Positions 26,535 through 39,859 of a stretch of 64,000 bases of DNA are shown here, in pieces. The notes under the pieces were generated by a model, which made no database searches, was not told the origin of the DNA, and saw only the letters and a program-made list of their open reading frames with translations. Where the stretch lies: NCBI RefSeq assembly GCF_006345805.1, contig NC_043012.1:43586001-43650000 (forward strand). Reading direction: 5' to 3'. Positions within the stretch are counted from its first letter, which is position 1; each line of letters starts with the position of its first letter. This DNA is from Octopus sinensis (Eukaryota). Both the position numbers and the translations under genes were made by a program.

Positions 26535-29500
26535 GAGGACTGTACCGTACCTCAAGTGGCTTAGTAAATTTTGTACATTAATTTACATCTAGTTTTAGAA
26601 ATATTTTACAATTATGTTATATTTTACTTTAAATATCTTTAATAGTGTAAAACATTCAGAAGATATACTGATTCAAGAAACTGATATTGAAATAATCTGG
26701 AAACATCAAGGAAAATAGATATTTTACAAATAGATATATTTATCTCGGTACAATCTCAAATCAATAAATCAAGTAGTTCTGATTCCTCCGAAGTGTTCAT
26801 GCATAATTACAAAGAAATGCGTTCATGTTGTTGGACGAAAACATTCTTTTTATAAAGTAGTTATTAGTACATACCCACCAAAATTAATTGCGTCACACGT
26901 TCCACGTTGATGATATTAAAATACTAAATAAAATCATAAATCAATTCAATATCAATGGCAATTGAACTGTGTCGAGTTAATGGAGAATACTAATGATAGC
27001 TTAGTGATTTCACCGAGATTATATTTTATATGCATACACGAAAAACGCAAACTCAGTGACGTACAATATTTTAGATGCGCTCAGACCTTCACTCAGACAC
27101 ACGATATGATATATCCGAAAAGCTTACACCTTAACATGTTAATATAGAGTTGTATATTAAGATTTTCGAGCAGGTTGTTATTAATATAAAGTTTAAAACT
27201 TATAGTATGCAAATTAGTAGCTCCAGAGAATTGGAGCTACTGGATTTAATGTGTATAGACAGGCTGGCTATTTGCTTGACTGGGATTTGTGAAGTGATAT
27301 ACACACTTCTAAATCGATTTTTGAATCTACGGAAAAAGTTGACATGACTGTATATCTACTATATAGATTTACACACAAACACATATATATGTATATACAG
27401 AAGTTTAATATGCCCTGGGATTCGTTTAAATTTTTATTTTCTAACTTCTAAAGACTTAAGCAGTTTCAGAGATTTCAGAGATTTTTGCGAAAAGAATTTT
27501 TGTGGATTCTCCGCTAAGTCTCCGCGTTAATATCACGTGACTATATTTTTTGAGTACATACATATATCGTTAAATTGATATCATTGTTTGACGCCCATAT
27601 CTTTGTGGATACTAATCCGAACGGATGTACTCAATATTATGGATATAAAATAGAATGTTACCTCAACTCTACGTCTGTTGATAATCGTCTTTATTCTATA
27701 CTGGTCGATGTGTTATCTCTATCTCATTTAAAATGAAAAGTAGTATAATAATATAAAGCGATATCAATAGCGTAGGCAATGAAGAAAGTAAATTACAGAC
27801 CATAAGCATATAAACCTATGAAGACAACTTGATGGAGAAAACAGGAAAGCGTACTATGCAAACATTTATCTTTTTAAACATTTTTCGATGATTGAAATGT
27901 CTTAAATTTCACACCTCAGATCAGATTTTCGTATTGCCGGTACATAATGGACCCTCGACAAATGTACTGATTGAGAAAACAATTTTTTTTTTTGCTTATA
28001 ACATAAAGAATATATACGGAAAGCATTCCTAACAATCGGGAAATATGTTATCGTTACAACACCTTATATATCAGCCGTATATCTTCCAGTTTTCCGACTA
28101 CATTTTAAATACAACTGACTGTCATTTTGCGCCAGTTAACTGAAATATATGACGCAAAATTAAGAACTGGCTACAGGCGCCATTGTTTCTGAATAGAGCG
28201 GAATCTTGATGATTTCAGAAAAGACTTCTAAAAGTCATGAGGTATAGCGATAAAAGTACCTGGTTTTCATTTATATGGAACCTTAGTAAAATTGTTATTG
28301 GTAGAGGAACATCAACTTGCTGCTGAATATTTCTTCTGTAATCTAGAAAAGGCTGAAGTGTTCCTGCTGGCAAGAGTGTTGAGGGTACAGAAAATTGACT
28401 AGGAAACCCTACCATTAGTTATTTCTAGTTATCGAAAATACTTTTAAATTAGTTTACGTTAAAACATACAAATTATACTTAATAGATGTTGTTTGCATGG
28501 TTTTCTTTGCATTTTTGTATTTCCCTCTTACATATTTTTCGAAATGTTAGATATTTTCATTATTTCGTGTAATTATATAATAGTTTTAATTACCGATATT
28601 ATATTCGCAATGTAACATAAAAAGTGGTCCATGCATAACGGAAGAAATTTGTCTAAAAATATTTTATTAATTTTCTCAATATTTTCTTTTTCTGATAAAT
28701 TGTCCGCTACAAATTCCTATAAACATCTGATATTTTGCCAACTCGCTATCCCGAGCTATGGATATAGCATAATAAATGGTTGATTGCCTAGTAAAATTGT
28801 AGTAGTAACCCAGACAAGAGCAGGAACCAGCTTTGAATTGCATATAATTGTGTATGTGCATCGACATAAATGTATGTACTCATATTTACATTCTTATGTA
28901 CATAACACTGCGTATTTATATTCACACTCAAAAATATAATGATAGACTGATGATAGACTGACGAATGTATTTAACACACAAACACAGGGAGAAATAGATA
29001 GATAAAGAAATCGACCGATAGATAGATAGATAAAAATGTGAGGGAAAAGAGGAAGAAAGAAAGATAAACATGAATTTAGGAAGTTGTAAAATAAAGTTAC
29101 TAAGACGATTGTAGCATAAATTTATTGATTGCCTAAGATCATCAGCCTTGTTCTAAAGGAAAATCAGCAACTATACAGAAATGTAACAGGCCCAATGCCC
29201 AATTGCCGCAAGATATGTGAGCATATTTGTCTAATACATAATAGCACAATAGTTGAATTATTGCAACAACGGCCTAAATCAATTACTATATCGTTTGTTA
29301 CTAAGACATAGTGCCCTGTAGGACCTTTGCAAGATATTCCTTTAGTAAAATTTAGATTTATAACCAGTCATCTATGCACTGTATATCAGATATAACGCAA
29401 GAAGGTTAAAAGTCATTAAGTAACCTAATTTGGTCCGTACGAAAATGAATTCACATGAGCGTTAATGGATTCACTAGATGTATCTGAACTGCTTTCAATC

Positions 29501-29750
29501 ACGAACAGAAGCATGCATTTTATTCTCCGAAAGTAAAAATATTTCGTATCAGAAGGAAGTAAACCGGACAAAGAATTTTAGTATTCAATATTCATTAACG
29601 CATTTCAGTGAATGGGATGCAACTTCTAAAATGAGGTTTAAATAACAACGGGGAAAGTCCTACATCAATGCATATTTTGTCTTTATTGATTTTGCTTCTC
29701 TTAAGTGTGGCTTTGACGATGTTGAGATCGTATTGGACAACAGATTATAG

Positions 29751-29888
29751 AGTTTCACAAATAATATAAATGAAGGAGCACCAATAGCAAAAGGATATGG
29801 TTGTCAGAATACACACTATGCCTATTGGTTACTGGGTGAATCTGGATTTAATCACGCAGCAAGTTTATGGGAAAGTATGAATAAGATG
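29751..29888 (+). CDS. Candidate internal exon of an unidentified host gene (138 bp, phase 0/0)
   Basis: ttatag|SFTNNINEGAPIAKGYGCQNTHYAYWLLGESGFNHAASLWESMNKM|gtgcgt; complex, stop-free sequence with a good donor but a weak polypyrimidine tract. Protein not recognised. Confidence 0.3.
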
Positions 29889-30124
29889 GTGCGTAGATCG
29901 TTATTGTAGTAGATTACCAAATTATGAAACTCGTTGAAAATTATGTTTTCAAAACGCAAGTTCACCTTGCTTTGTTTCACGTTTCAGAAAAACTTACCTA
30001 ATGTTGAAGAGTAACGAATCAGAAACTAGTATAGAGGTCACTGCGACAGATGTTTAGCAGACTGCTTCCCAACAAATTTGGTCAGACAACACACACTCAG
30101 CTAAGCCGTATATTTTATATTTTA

Positions 30125-30283
30125 TATTTTACCTGGGGCACTGCTTTGAATTTTTAGTCGTATGAATCGATCCCAAATCTTATTTTTTAAGTCTAGTACT
30201 TATTCTATCAGTCACTTTAGCCGAACAGCTAAGTTACGGGAACGCAAACACACAACACGGGTTGTCAAGCGGTAGTGGGCTGA

Positions 30284-30321
<38 letters not shown>

Positions 30322-30461
30322 ACACACACACACACACACATACACATATATATATATATATAGTACAGGCTTCTTTCAAGTTTCCGTCTACTAAATCCAC
30401 TCACAAGACTTTGTTATCCAAGGTGCCACGCATTGGGACTGAATCCGGAACCAAGCTTCTT
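30125..30461 (-). mobile_element. SINE family B, 3' portion of a copy split by a retroposon
   Basis: Reverse complement ggttccggattcagtcccaatgcgtggcacctt...agacggaaacttgaaagaagcc; the matching head lies at 32431-32459. Confidence 0.75.
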
Positions 30462-32430
30462 TATTTTATTAAATTTTCCATAAAGGCAGTACATAGAGTA
30501 AGGAAGCTTGCGGGTGGATACGGACATTAATGAGGTGAATGATGATGATACAAGGATGATAAGGATGGGAGAAGACTTTTGCTTCTCCAAAACATTGTTC
30601 TTTTAAGGTATCACACCGAGGCAATAAACCTCTTACACAGTTCAAAGAAAAACACATTAACGAGGCAATAAACATCTTACATTTTTGCAGTACAAAAATC
30701 CTTTTGAGGCAATACACGTCTTACACAAGAATACAGTTATTTGCTTTTCTGTCCGACCAGGCTCCTCGCTTCTTCAAAGCATCTAGACGGTTCCAAGTCG
30801 GACCACTTTGTCATGTATCTAAAGGAGTCAGCTGGGAAGGAATTCATTACCCTGCACAGATCGGTTTCCCATATGACCTCCGCAGCCACTTGCGAAGGCC
30901 ACTCAGGGTTCTCCGTGTAGGACAGAAGCCCCTCCATCGTCCTTTCCTTTTAAACTTCCTAACAAAGTTCTGCAATGTCCCTCCCTTATGGAAGAGGACC
31001 ACAAATTGCTCCTCCAGTGGCACTCCCACCGAAGGAGCATCGTGACACGCCGGCAGTGTGTCACAAACCGCCAGCAATGTCCCGTGTTCCTCTGCTTTGT
31101 CCAGCAGGTTCTCCCTTCCTCCCGCAGTCTTCGGATCCTTCGGTGGGCACCTTTTATATTTTTCCTTTTTTCGAAGAGGTTTCCACCTCCTCGACTTCCT
31201 CCTTCTCTCCCTCCAATGAAGGAGCAGGGAGTGTTACTTCTATTAACTGCTCCAGAACCCTATTTTGGTCCTTGGGGCAGTTCTTGATATGACCGGTTTC
31301 CAGGCACAGGTGACACTTGGGAGGGGGACGTCCCTCAAGCATCACTGGATACCTAGACCCGGCCATCCATAAAAGAAATCTGGAAAAACCAGATTTTTGG
31401 CTGACCATAGGGTCAAAACAGCTTTTGACTCCTCCCAATCAGCCGCAGGCAAAATTTTTACATTGGGTAGCTTGGTACTGCTACCACCTAGACCCCGGCG
31501 GATAGAATCCTCTATCCACTCGGGCTCAATTCCGAGTGTCAAATCGTAGACCCAAGCCCTCGTCAACTTCTTCCCACAATAAGTGGGAAGGAACAGAATT
31601 TCACTGCACTCCAGGAGCTGGCTTGCGAATTCGCAAGATTCTCCGGGGGAGTCAAATAGCAACCACACCGTTGCATATTTGACCCCCCGTGAGATATATT
31701 TAATAGTTGGCATATAGTCTGCCAGCTCTTTTACAATTATGTTTTTTCGGGAAGACGGCTATGGTGTCGAGGGACTTGGAATAAGTCCTCAACACTACCG
31801 TCTTCCTTTCAAACACCTGAAGTCATATTTTGGGAGGAGTGAACTCCCATTCGACAAATTTGTTCTTTGCTATTTCAGCATAAAAGTTCCAAATAAAGTC
31901 CACTAATTTTTTTAAATAATAGAGAAAAAAAATACAAAAAGGAAGACTTAACAGAAGGGAAGAAAAAAATAATAAACAGTTCAATACAGTTTTTTTCCAA
32001 ATAAACGATAGACGAAGAGAACGAGAGTTTAAAACACAGCAAGGAAAAAATATTTTTCGGCCGTACGGTACTCCTGGCCTTCGTAGTATAATCCCTTGTA
32101 TAATTCCTTGAAGTTATGTTTTCGAAAGACTTCCACGCAGGCAAATAACACAGTTCTTGAAAATAATTGAGAATAATTAAATTCTCAAATTGAATTAATT
32201 TGGAGGCGAAACACACCTCCAGACAGCAGTTCTCACAATTATGAGAAAAACACACGTCTCTACCGCAGGCAGACCAAAAGCTCCGAATCCAGTGAGGACT
32301 CCTTGCTCGCACAAAAACAAACCTTACCAACAACGAATCCCACTGGACTCAAAAAGCAAAAAAGTCTTACCTTACAGTAGAGCGTTTTTCAATGGTGTCA
32401 AGAAGAGAACAAAACAACCGGAATCGGAAG
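30462..32430 (-). mobile_element. Gag/ORF1-only non-autonomous retroposon (Tx1/L1-like ORF1)
   Basis: Flanked by caagcttctt at 30452-30461 and 32431-32440; A-rich 3' end (aataaaataa on minus). Frameshifted ORF1 of about 31880-30737 includes ISRGVKYATVWLLFDS, FLPTYCGKKLTR and zinc knuckle CHLCLETGHIKNC. No EN/RT sequence between the ORF1 stop and the tail. Confidence 0.7.
30617..30725. repeat. Three 21-bp direct repeats at an exact 44-bp period
   Basis: cgaggcaataaacctcttaca (30617), cgaggcaataaacatcttaca (30661), tgaggcaatacacgtcttaca (30705), separated by 23-bp dissimilar spacers. Confidence 0.9.
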
Positions 32431-32459
32431 CAAGCTTCTTACCTCACAACCACGCCTGC
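32431..32459 (-). mobile_element. SINE family B 5' head, displaced by insertion
   Basis: Reverse complement gcaggcgtggttgtgaggtaagaagcttg matches the head of the 49073 and 47514 copies. Confidence 0.7.
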
Positions 32460-33127
32460 CGTTTACGTAATTTTCATAGACTACAGAGAAATATTTACCA
32501 AGACGAAAATTCGGTGCTAATGAATTTGGAATTTATAGAAAGGGTTTAACCGGGATGTGTAATCTGATCAATGGCCATAATTAGTAGATATTCGTTTAGT
32601 AAGTACATATTAAGCACACTCATTTGCTTGATATAACAATTCTCTTTCGTCAGAAATATATATGTTAGTTCTGTATGAGGGATAGAACAGATCTCTACGA
32701 TTTCTGCTTTCAGTAAAACAACATCTCCTTGAATATATACGAAGATTAATTTGATAGAATTTCTGGCCTGCCGATTACATGCCGGCTGTGGCTATTTTTA
32801 CCTTTTAAGAAGATACATTTTACTTATTCAACTGATTCGACAAATGTGAAGAGTCTTAAGCAAGGTGTGAACATAGCATTGTGTAATAAGAAACCCTACT
32901 GGTCTTCGCATGTTGTTGCCGCTTATAGAAATTTAATGCTGTACTTGACCTTGAGCATTCTGTTTTCTTCTTGGCAGTACATTGGTTGATTTCACAAATT
33001 TTGTGAAGGGATTTTATAGATAAGAGTAAAAGGCTATTTTCTTCTTATAATATACTATTTGATGATGCATTTGTTCAAATTAAAGTTTCAGTTCTTGAAG
33101 AGATTATTGGATGGTGGAAGTATCTAC

Positions 33128-33219
33128 CTTCATGAAGTATGCCTTCCAATCTCATCTCTCTTTCGTCTTCTTCGAGTCGTATAGCATCAAGACCAAACTG
33201 TTTAAAGATCATTGGTATT
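33128..33219 (-). CDS. Candidate internal exon of an unidentified gene (92 bp)
   Basis: tcttttag|A-IPMIFKQFGLDAIRLEEDEREMRLEGILHE-G|gtagat; plausible splice sites and protein-like composition. Not recognised. Confidence 0.3.
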
Positions 33220-35352
33220 CTAAAAGATACACATTGCTTTCTGTCAACTCCACAGCACGTTCAAGTTGCTTTAGGTTTGTAAGCAAGAGCTTACAAACAG
33301 CAAATCGGGGAGACTTTTCCATTGATGATTATAAATAACTTCCAGCATTTCTAAACCTTACTAAGGTACCACAGTGCCCTAACGTTTCTTGAAAATATAT
33401 ACTTCGAGTACAACTAATAGCATGTTTCCTAAAAACAAATGGTTCTTAGGAAAACGTTTATTCATCACAGATCCTTAGATTTTACTCTTATTTCGTAAAT
33501 TATCTTAACTATTCATTTAAAAGTATTTTACTACAAAGTGGTTATTTAAAACATTTAATAAGGACACATGGTGAAAATGAAGTCTCACGTTTTCATTTCT
33601 TCTTACCTTTGAAACTAATACATTTAGTTGAATAAAGTGGGTTTTTTTGTATATTTAAATGGAATTATGAGTATTTTAAATATTTCTAATTTATACAAAT
33701 GATTTATAGTAATACATCACAATACATACTTTTTTAACCAGTAACGAAGTGAATGTTCACTTGATTCCCGATTACATTTTAATTTCGAAATTTATTCCCA
33801 CCCCACCTCCGATTACAACTAATCAGTTCAAATTCATATAAAAGTATAACTTCAGGTCTTAGAATTGCTGTGTCTTGATTCTACAGATTTTTGTATTTTT
33901 TAAAGATACATTTTGTATTTTTACTGTTGTATTTTGCATTTTTACTGTGTGGTTTAGACATTATTGATTTTTATTGATTTCAATCCGTGTTCATTTAACA
34001 CTATTCCCGTCTAAAAAGATAACGCTCATATTAGCGAGAAAAAGCAAAATTCAACGCTAAAATACTTGAGAAGATTTACATCTTACAAATGTGGGGAAGA
34101 ATCAAATAAGTTCCAAATGAAATAATACAACAATTGAAAAAGAGTACGATATCTAATCATTAAAAAATGTATGACCATTTTCAAGAATACCATTTTCTCT
34201 ATGAAATAACAATTTTGCTTTGTAATGTTAATTTATCGAGTGGGATTTTAAAGCAAACAGCCAAAATATTAAAGATAATTCATTTCGTCCGTTTATATAT
34301 TCAGTATAATTGTTTTTTGTTTTCTAAACAATTGAATTTTATTTTAGATAACATGACAAAGATATCATAAGCATATTAAATCCGATTAAAGTATCTTTTT
34401 AAAAAAGAGACGTATCCTCATAATCTTAGCTGTGTGAACGATAAACGATAATATTACATCACTTAACACGGGTTTCTTCAGTCAAGTCTAACAAAATTTG
34501 GTTAATTCTTTTACTAGTAATATTATTACGTATAAAAACTTCCTTTATTACCATTATGTAAATCTTGGAATCATAATTTCTTATTGCCCAGTCATCGTAG
34601 AATAAGAGTTAAAATCCCAGGAACTGAGTCACCGGTATAATAGGTTTTAATTCTGCATATGTCCTACTGCTAGACAAAACCTAACAGCTACGACATGTAA
34701 TTAATATATATCCGTAATAGTAACTAATTAACAACTAATTAAAGACAAGTATACATTGCGACTCTCATAGAAGCACTAAAAACAACTGAACACTCTTGCA
34801 GTTAATGAGACAGTTGCAACACTGATTGAAGCAACTGTACTACTAGCAATAAATGTAAGTAGATCTGCAAACACAGTAAATACCTACAACAAGGATTGAA
34901 GAATTTGACGTAAACTGCAATTAACAGAATCAAGCCTCAAACTTCCGAGACTTTTTATTTTTTTCAATTTTTTAATACTTGTAATTTGTAAACAATACCG
35001 TTGTTAGTTACGAATATTCCTTTCCAACTGGCCAATCTATGCTTTACTGCATTTCTGAGTGTTTAAATATCAGGGGAGAATTACCATTACTGATTTGTAA
35101 CGGCGGCGAAGAGAATGCACATATATACATACATACTTACAAACATACGCTCACACATATACACACGCGCACATACGCATATCTAGAGAGAGAGTACAAC
35201 ATGATTAAATCTTCTTCGATTTTGTAGAAAATGCTACAGACTATAGCCCACATTTTGAAACGAATAACGTAGGCTATGCCATTTCAGCCAGTTAGGTGTA
35301 AACTGTAGCCTATAGCATGAAAGATAATATATGCACACATACATTCCGCTTT

Positions 35353-35547
<195 letters not shown>

Positions 35548-35549
35548 AA

Positions 35550-37120
35550 AACTTATCAATAGCCTGGATAGACTATAAGAAGGCTTTTGATAGCCTACCA
35601 CATAGGCTGGATTAAGAAATGCCTGGAAATGTATAAAATAGCACCTACTATGCGAAACATTTTGTCTGTAAGTATGAGATCATGGAGAACCACACTAACT
35701 TTGAACAGTGACAATGAATCTCTAAATGCTGCTGATGTAAAAATTTTATGTGGCATTTTCCAGGGTGACTCACTATCACCACTCCTTTTTTGTTTAACCT
35801 TAATACCTCTCTCAAAATTGCTCAATGACACGCAGTACGGATATAAAATGTTTGATAAAAATATAAATCATCTCATTTACATGCATGATTTAAAGCTCTT
35901 TGCAAAAAATGACCAACAACTCAAGGGCTTACCAGCGATTGTCAAACAATTCAGTGATGACATCAGAATGCAATTTGGCCTCGATAAATGTGCGAAAGCT
36001 ACCTTTATCAAAGGAAAAATGACAGAAACATCTAACGTTAACCTTGACCAGCAGAATGTCATAAAAAAATTAGACCCAGCAGAGAGCTATAAGTACCTAT
36101 GGGTAATTGAAGGGGACGGAATAAGGCGTTCAGTGATGAAGGAAAGGATCAGGAGAGAATGTTATCGCAGAGTAAGAGCAATACTCAAAACAGAGCTGAA
36201 TGCGAGAAACAGAATCGAAGCGATCAATGCTTTAGCCATACCAGTCGTGACTTACAGTTTCAATATCGTTAACTGGTCAATTACTGAAATATGTAATCTT
36301 GACAGAAAAATACGAAAACTATTGACAATGCGTAGAATGCACCACCCTAAGGCAGATACAGAACGACTTTATCTGCCAAGAAAAGAGGGAGGCCGTGGAC
36401 TTTTACAACTGGCAATAACAATGAAGATTGCTACAATTGGCCTAGACACCTACCTGAAAAACTCTGAGGATTGGATGTTAAAACTTGTCTCAAAACATGA
36501 AAACAAGTAAGCATCATACTCAGTAACAAAACAGGCAAAGAAATATCTAAGTGAATTCCGAATACAACAAATTTCGGAATTAGACATACAAGAAACAAGC
36601 AGAGAAAAAGCTAAGCGCATGAAAACCCGTGCTAAAACTGCGGCCTTAGATATTCTGAATGATAAATGGCAAGAAAAACCTCTCAATGGCAAATACCCAA
36701 AGAGAGCGAATAATGCAGATGTTGACAAAGCCCTGACCCATCAACGGCTAATGGCCTCTGGCTTAAAATCTGAAACAGAAGGGTTTATCATAGCAATTCA
36801 AGATGAATGCCTACCAACAAGAAACTACCAGGCTAACATATTAAAGAACGGTAGTAGCCCAACATGTCGTGTATATCAACAACAAAATGAAACCATTGAT
36901 CATGTTGTCTCCAAGTGCAGCCTTCTAGCACCTACAAAGTATCTCAACAGGCATGATAGAGCTGCACAATATATTCACTGGGCAATTTGCAAAAACCTGG
37001 ATTTGCCTCATGAAAAAAACTGGTGGGAACACAAACCACCTCCAGTGCTTGAAAATGACCACATCTCACTCCTCTGGAACTTCACCATTCAAACTGACAG
37101 AAAGATAGTTATCAGAAGAT
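35550..37120 (+). pseudogene. R4/Dong-type RLE non-LTR retrotransposon, RT plus zinc-finger region
   Basis: ORF 35587..36510: GIFQGDSLSPLLF, HLIYMHDLKLFAK, LYLPRKEGGRGL. ORF 36619..37209: IAIQDECLPTRNY, CRV...ETIDHVVSKC, RHDRAAQYIHW, LWNFTIQTDR. Confidence 0.92.
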
Positions 37121-37124
37121 TAGA

Positions 37125-39350
37125 TGTCTCACAGGGTAAGATTAAAAAAGAGCAAATGTGGAAAAGGAGTCTACAAAATAAAGTGAAGACTAAGATAAGA
37201 TCTGAGTAGAATAGAAGCCTGGAAAACAAACAAGTTGGGAAACACAAGTTGCAAATCTTGCCTCGAGAAAATATACCAAGTCAAATAGAAAGGATTTGAG
37301 ACAGTAATAGAAAAGCCGGAACAGCGTATGATAGCAGTAACAGGCAAGCTCTCCAGATATCAGAAAATAGTAGATCAGTATCAACAGAATACATTTTTTG
37401 AGACAAGAGGTGATTTTATAACCAAATAATGGAGACACTCAGCAGCTTTTGCAGATTGGACAAAATCTGAATTAGTAAAGCTAGACAGAAGTACTAGAAA
37501 TTTGTTCAATATGAACGGAGGACTCCACCCAAGGGTAGGAGTAGGAACACTATAACTGCCAAGAAAGCATGATGGAAGTGGGTTAATATCAGTACAAGAC
37601 TGAGTGGAATTAGCTAGAATAGACTCCTGTGTAGTTAGTAGTGTTACGGAATCCCAAAGTTGTTACGGAATCCCACCTGCCGTCGCTCGAACTCGAACCC
37701 GGGATCCTAACAAGTCGAGCGACGACGATTGACCAGGCTCGATCGATCGGAAAAGTTCACCACGGAACTCAGAGAGGAGAGAGATAACAACAACAACAAC
37801 AGCAGCAGGAAGAGATACAGAGAAAGACACACAGAGGCAATCGGCTACATTTAACAACTAGTTTATATTACTATTACAACAAATACAATGTGATACATCA
37901 GGTAAATACAAGCAACAGAGTCAACATCATGCAGATGCAATATAACAACAGCATTTAAAGAAAACAACAAATCAATACATTATACAATGTTCATGTCACA
38001 AATAATTCACATTATAATTAACGTACACATTAACGATACAGTTCAGAGTTCTTTTCAGTCTTTAAAGACTATATCAGAGTCTTTCTTTTCCACAACAATT
38101 CTGAACATAAATGCCACAACTCTTTCCTTCTTTTTCTTCACATTAATTCTTTAACACAATGTCTTTATACATTTCTTTTCCAGCCTTTTAGCACTGTTCT
38201 TTATAACACATCAACAAGTCCTTTAAAGTCTTTACAATCTCAATTCACATATCAATACATAATTAAACACATACCGTACAACAGCCAATGCCTCACACCG
38301 TAGTCCATCTCTATTAGCTGCTTAATCCTATTGCATGTCTTCCTCAACCCCTCATCCTCTCACTCTACTGTCATACTCTCGCCTGTCATCTCTCATGACT
38401 GTGTGTCTGTCTTTCTCGTAATCCCGTCCGTAATCCCAAGCAAAGTAGGTCAAGAAGTACTGTGAACTATTCACAACAATAGTGAAGAAAGTTTATTAAA
38501 AGCTGCTAGAGTCATAGCAAGACATAGGGAAACTAAAAACACAAACAAAGTTAAAAACCAGAAAAAAAGAAGAGAAATTATCTGACTGGCAGGAGAAGGT
38601 GTTGCATGGTAGATTCCCAAAGATATTTACAGTGAATAGTGGTAGTGAAACATGGTTATGGCTAGAGAAAGAAAAGCTGAAGAGGGAGGCGGAAAGTTTG
38701 TTAGTAGATGCGTAAGATCAAGCATTGACGACTAATTGGATAAAAGCCATAATAGACAAAACTAAGTAGATTTCTATTGTAGATTATACAAATCAAAAGA
38801 GGAAAGCGTTGCTCACATAGTAAGTGAATGTAGCTTGCTGGCAAAGAAAGACTACAAGAAAAGACATGACAATCTAGGGAGAGTAATCCACAGGGGGTTA
38901 TGTAGAAAGCTATGGTTTGAACATACTAATATATGGTATGGATATGAACCTAGGAAAGTAGTAGAAAGTAAGAAATATAAGATGTTGGAATAAACATTCA
39001 GACTGAGAGTAATAGAATCTAGAAGGTCTGATTTGGTAGTGGTAGTAGTATATAAAGAGAGTAGAAAGTGCCAGATAATTGACTTTACAGTCCGAACTGA
39101 TGAAAACATTAAAATGAGAAGTATAGAAGATATAGCAAAGTACCGGGACCCAGGTATTGAATTACAGAGTATTGAATCACAGTAAAATGTATCCCAATAG
39201 TTATAGGTGCATTTGGAACTTAACTTAAAGATCTGAACAAATGAATAGAGGAAATAGGCATAAAACCTAGTTTAGTACAACTCCAGAAAACAGTATTATT
39301 AGGGACAGCTAGGATGCTTAGGAGGGTTCTTGGCATCTGAGATTATTTGT
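37125..39350 (+). mobile_element. Second R4/Dong-type family, RT largely deleted, with 3' RLE region
   Basis: 37130-37430 is homologous to minus-strand 58290-58600. Remnants of KRHDNLGRVIH and RSDLVVVV...KCQIIDFTV (RLE) are present; followed by a short 3' UTR and (TAA)n. Confidence 0.8.
37642..38435 (-). mobile_element. Probable solo LTR inserted in the R4-type element
   Basis: The minus-strand end reads ...ggattccgtaaca (CA terminus, duplicated at 37642 and 37661); the other end is degenerate (ttacgg). R4 coding sequence resumes on both sides; no internal ORF. Confidence 0.5.
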
Positions 39351-39412
39351 TGTAGCCCGATGTTACGATCTATTTTCTTTTCCAACAGCCTAATTTGTTG
39401 AATGTATATGAC

Positions 39413-39675
<263 letters not shown>

Positions 39676-39798
39676 TATAAAGGATTGAGGTAACTCCTCC
39701 TGAAGATATAGAGTCAAAAGTAAAAGAAGAGTGCCATTGTTTTCACTAGATAACGATGGTACTCTTCATTTAATGTTGACTTAATAATGATAATAATA

Positions 39799-39845
<47 letters not shown>

Positions 39846-39859
39846 AATGATGATGATGA

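Noticed and set aside
30617-30725. Calling the 44-bp array a CRISPR array
   Set aside because: Eukaryotic context, only three units, no cas genes or leader, and the spacers share a cagt motif. Reported as a repeat-spacer oddity only.
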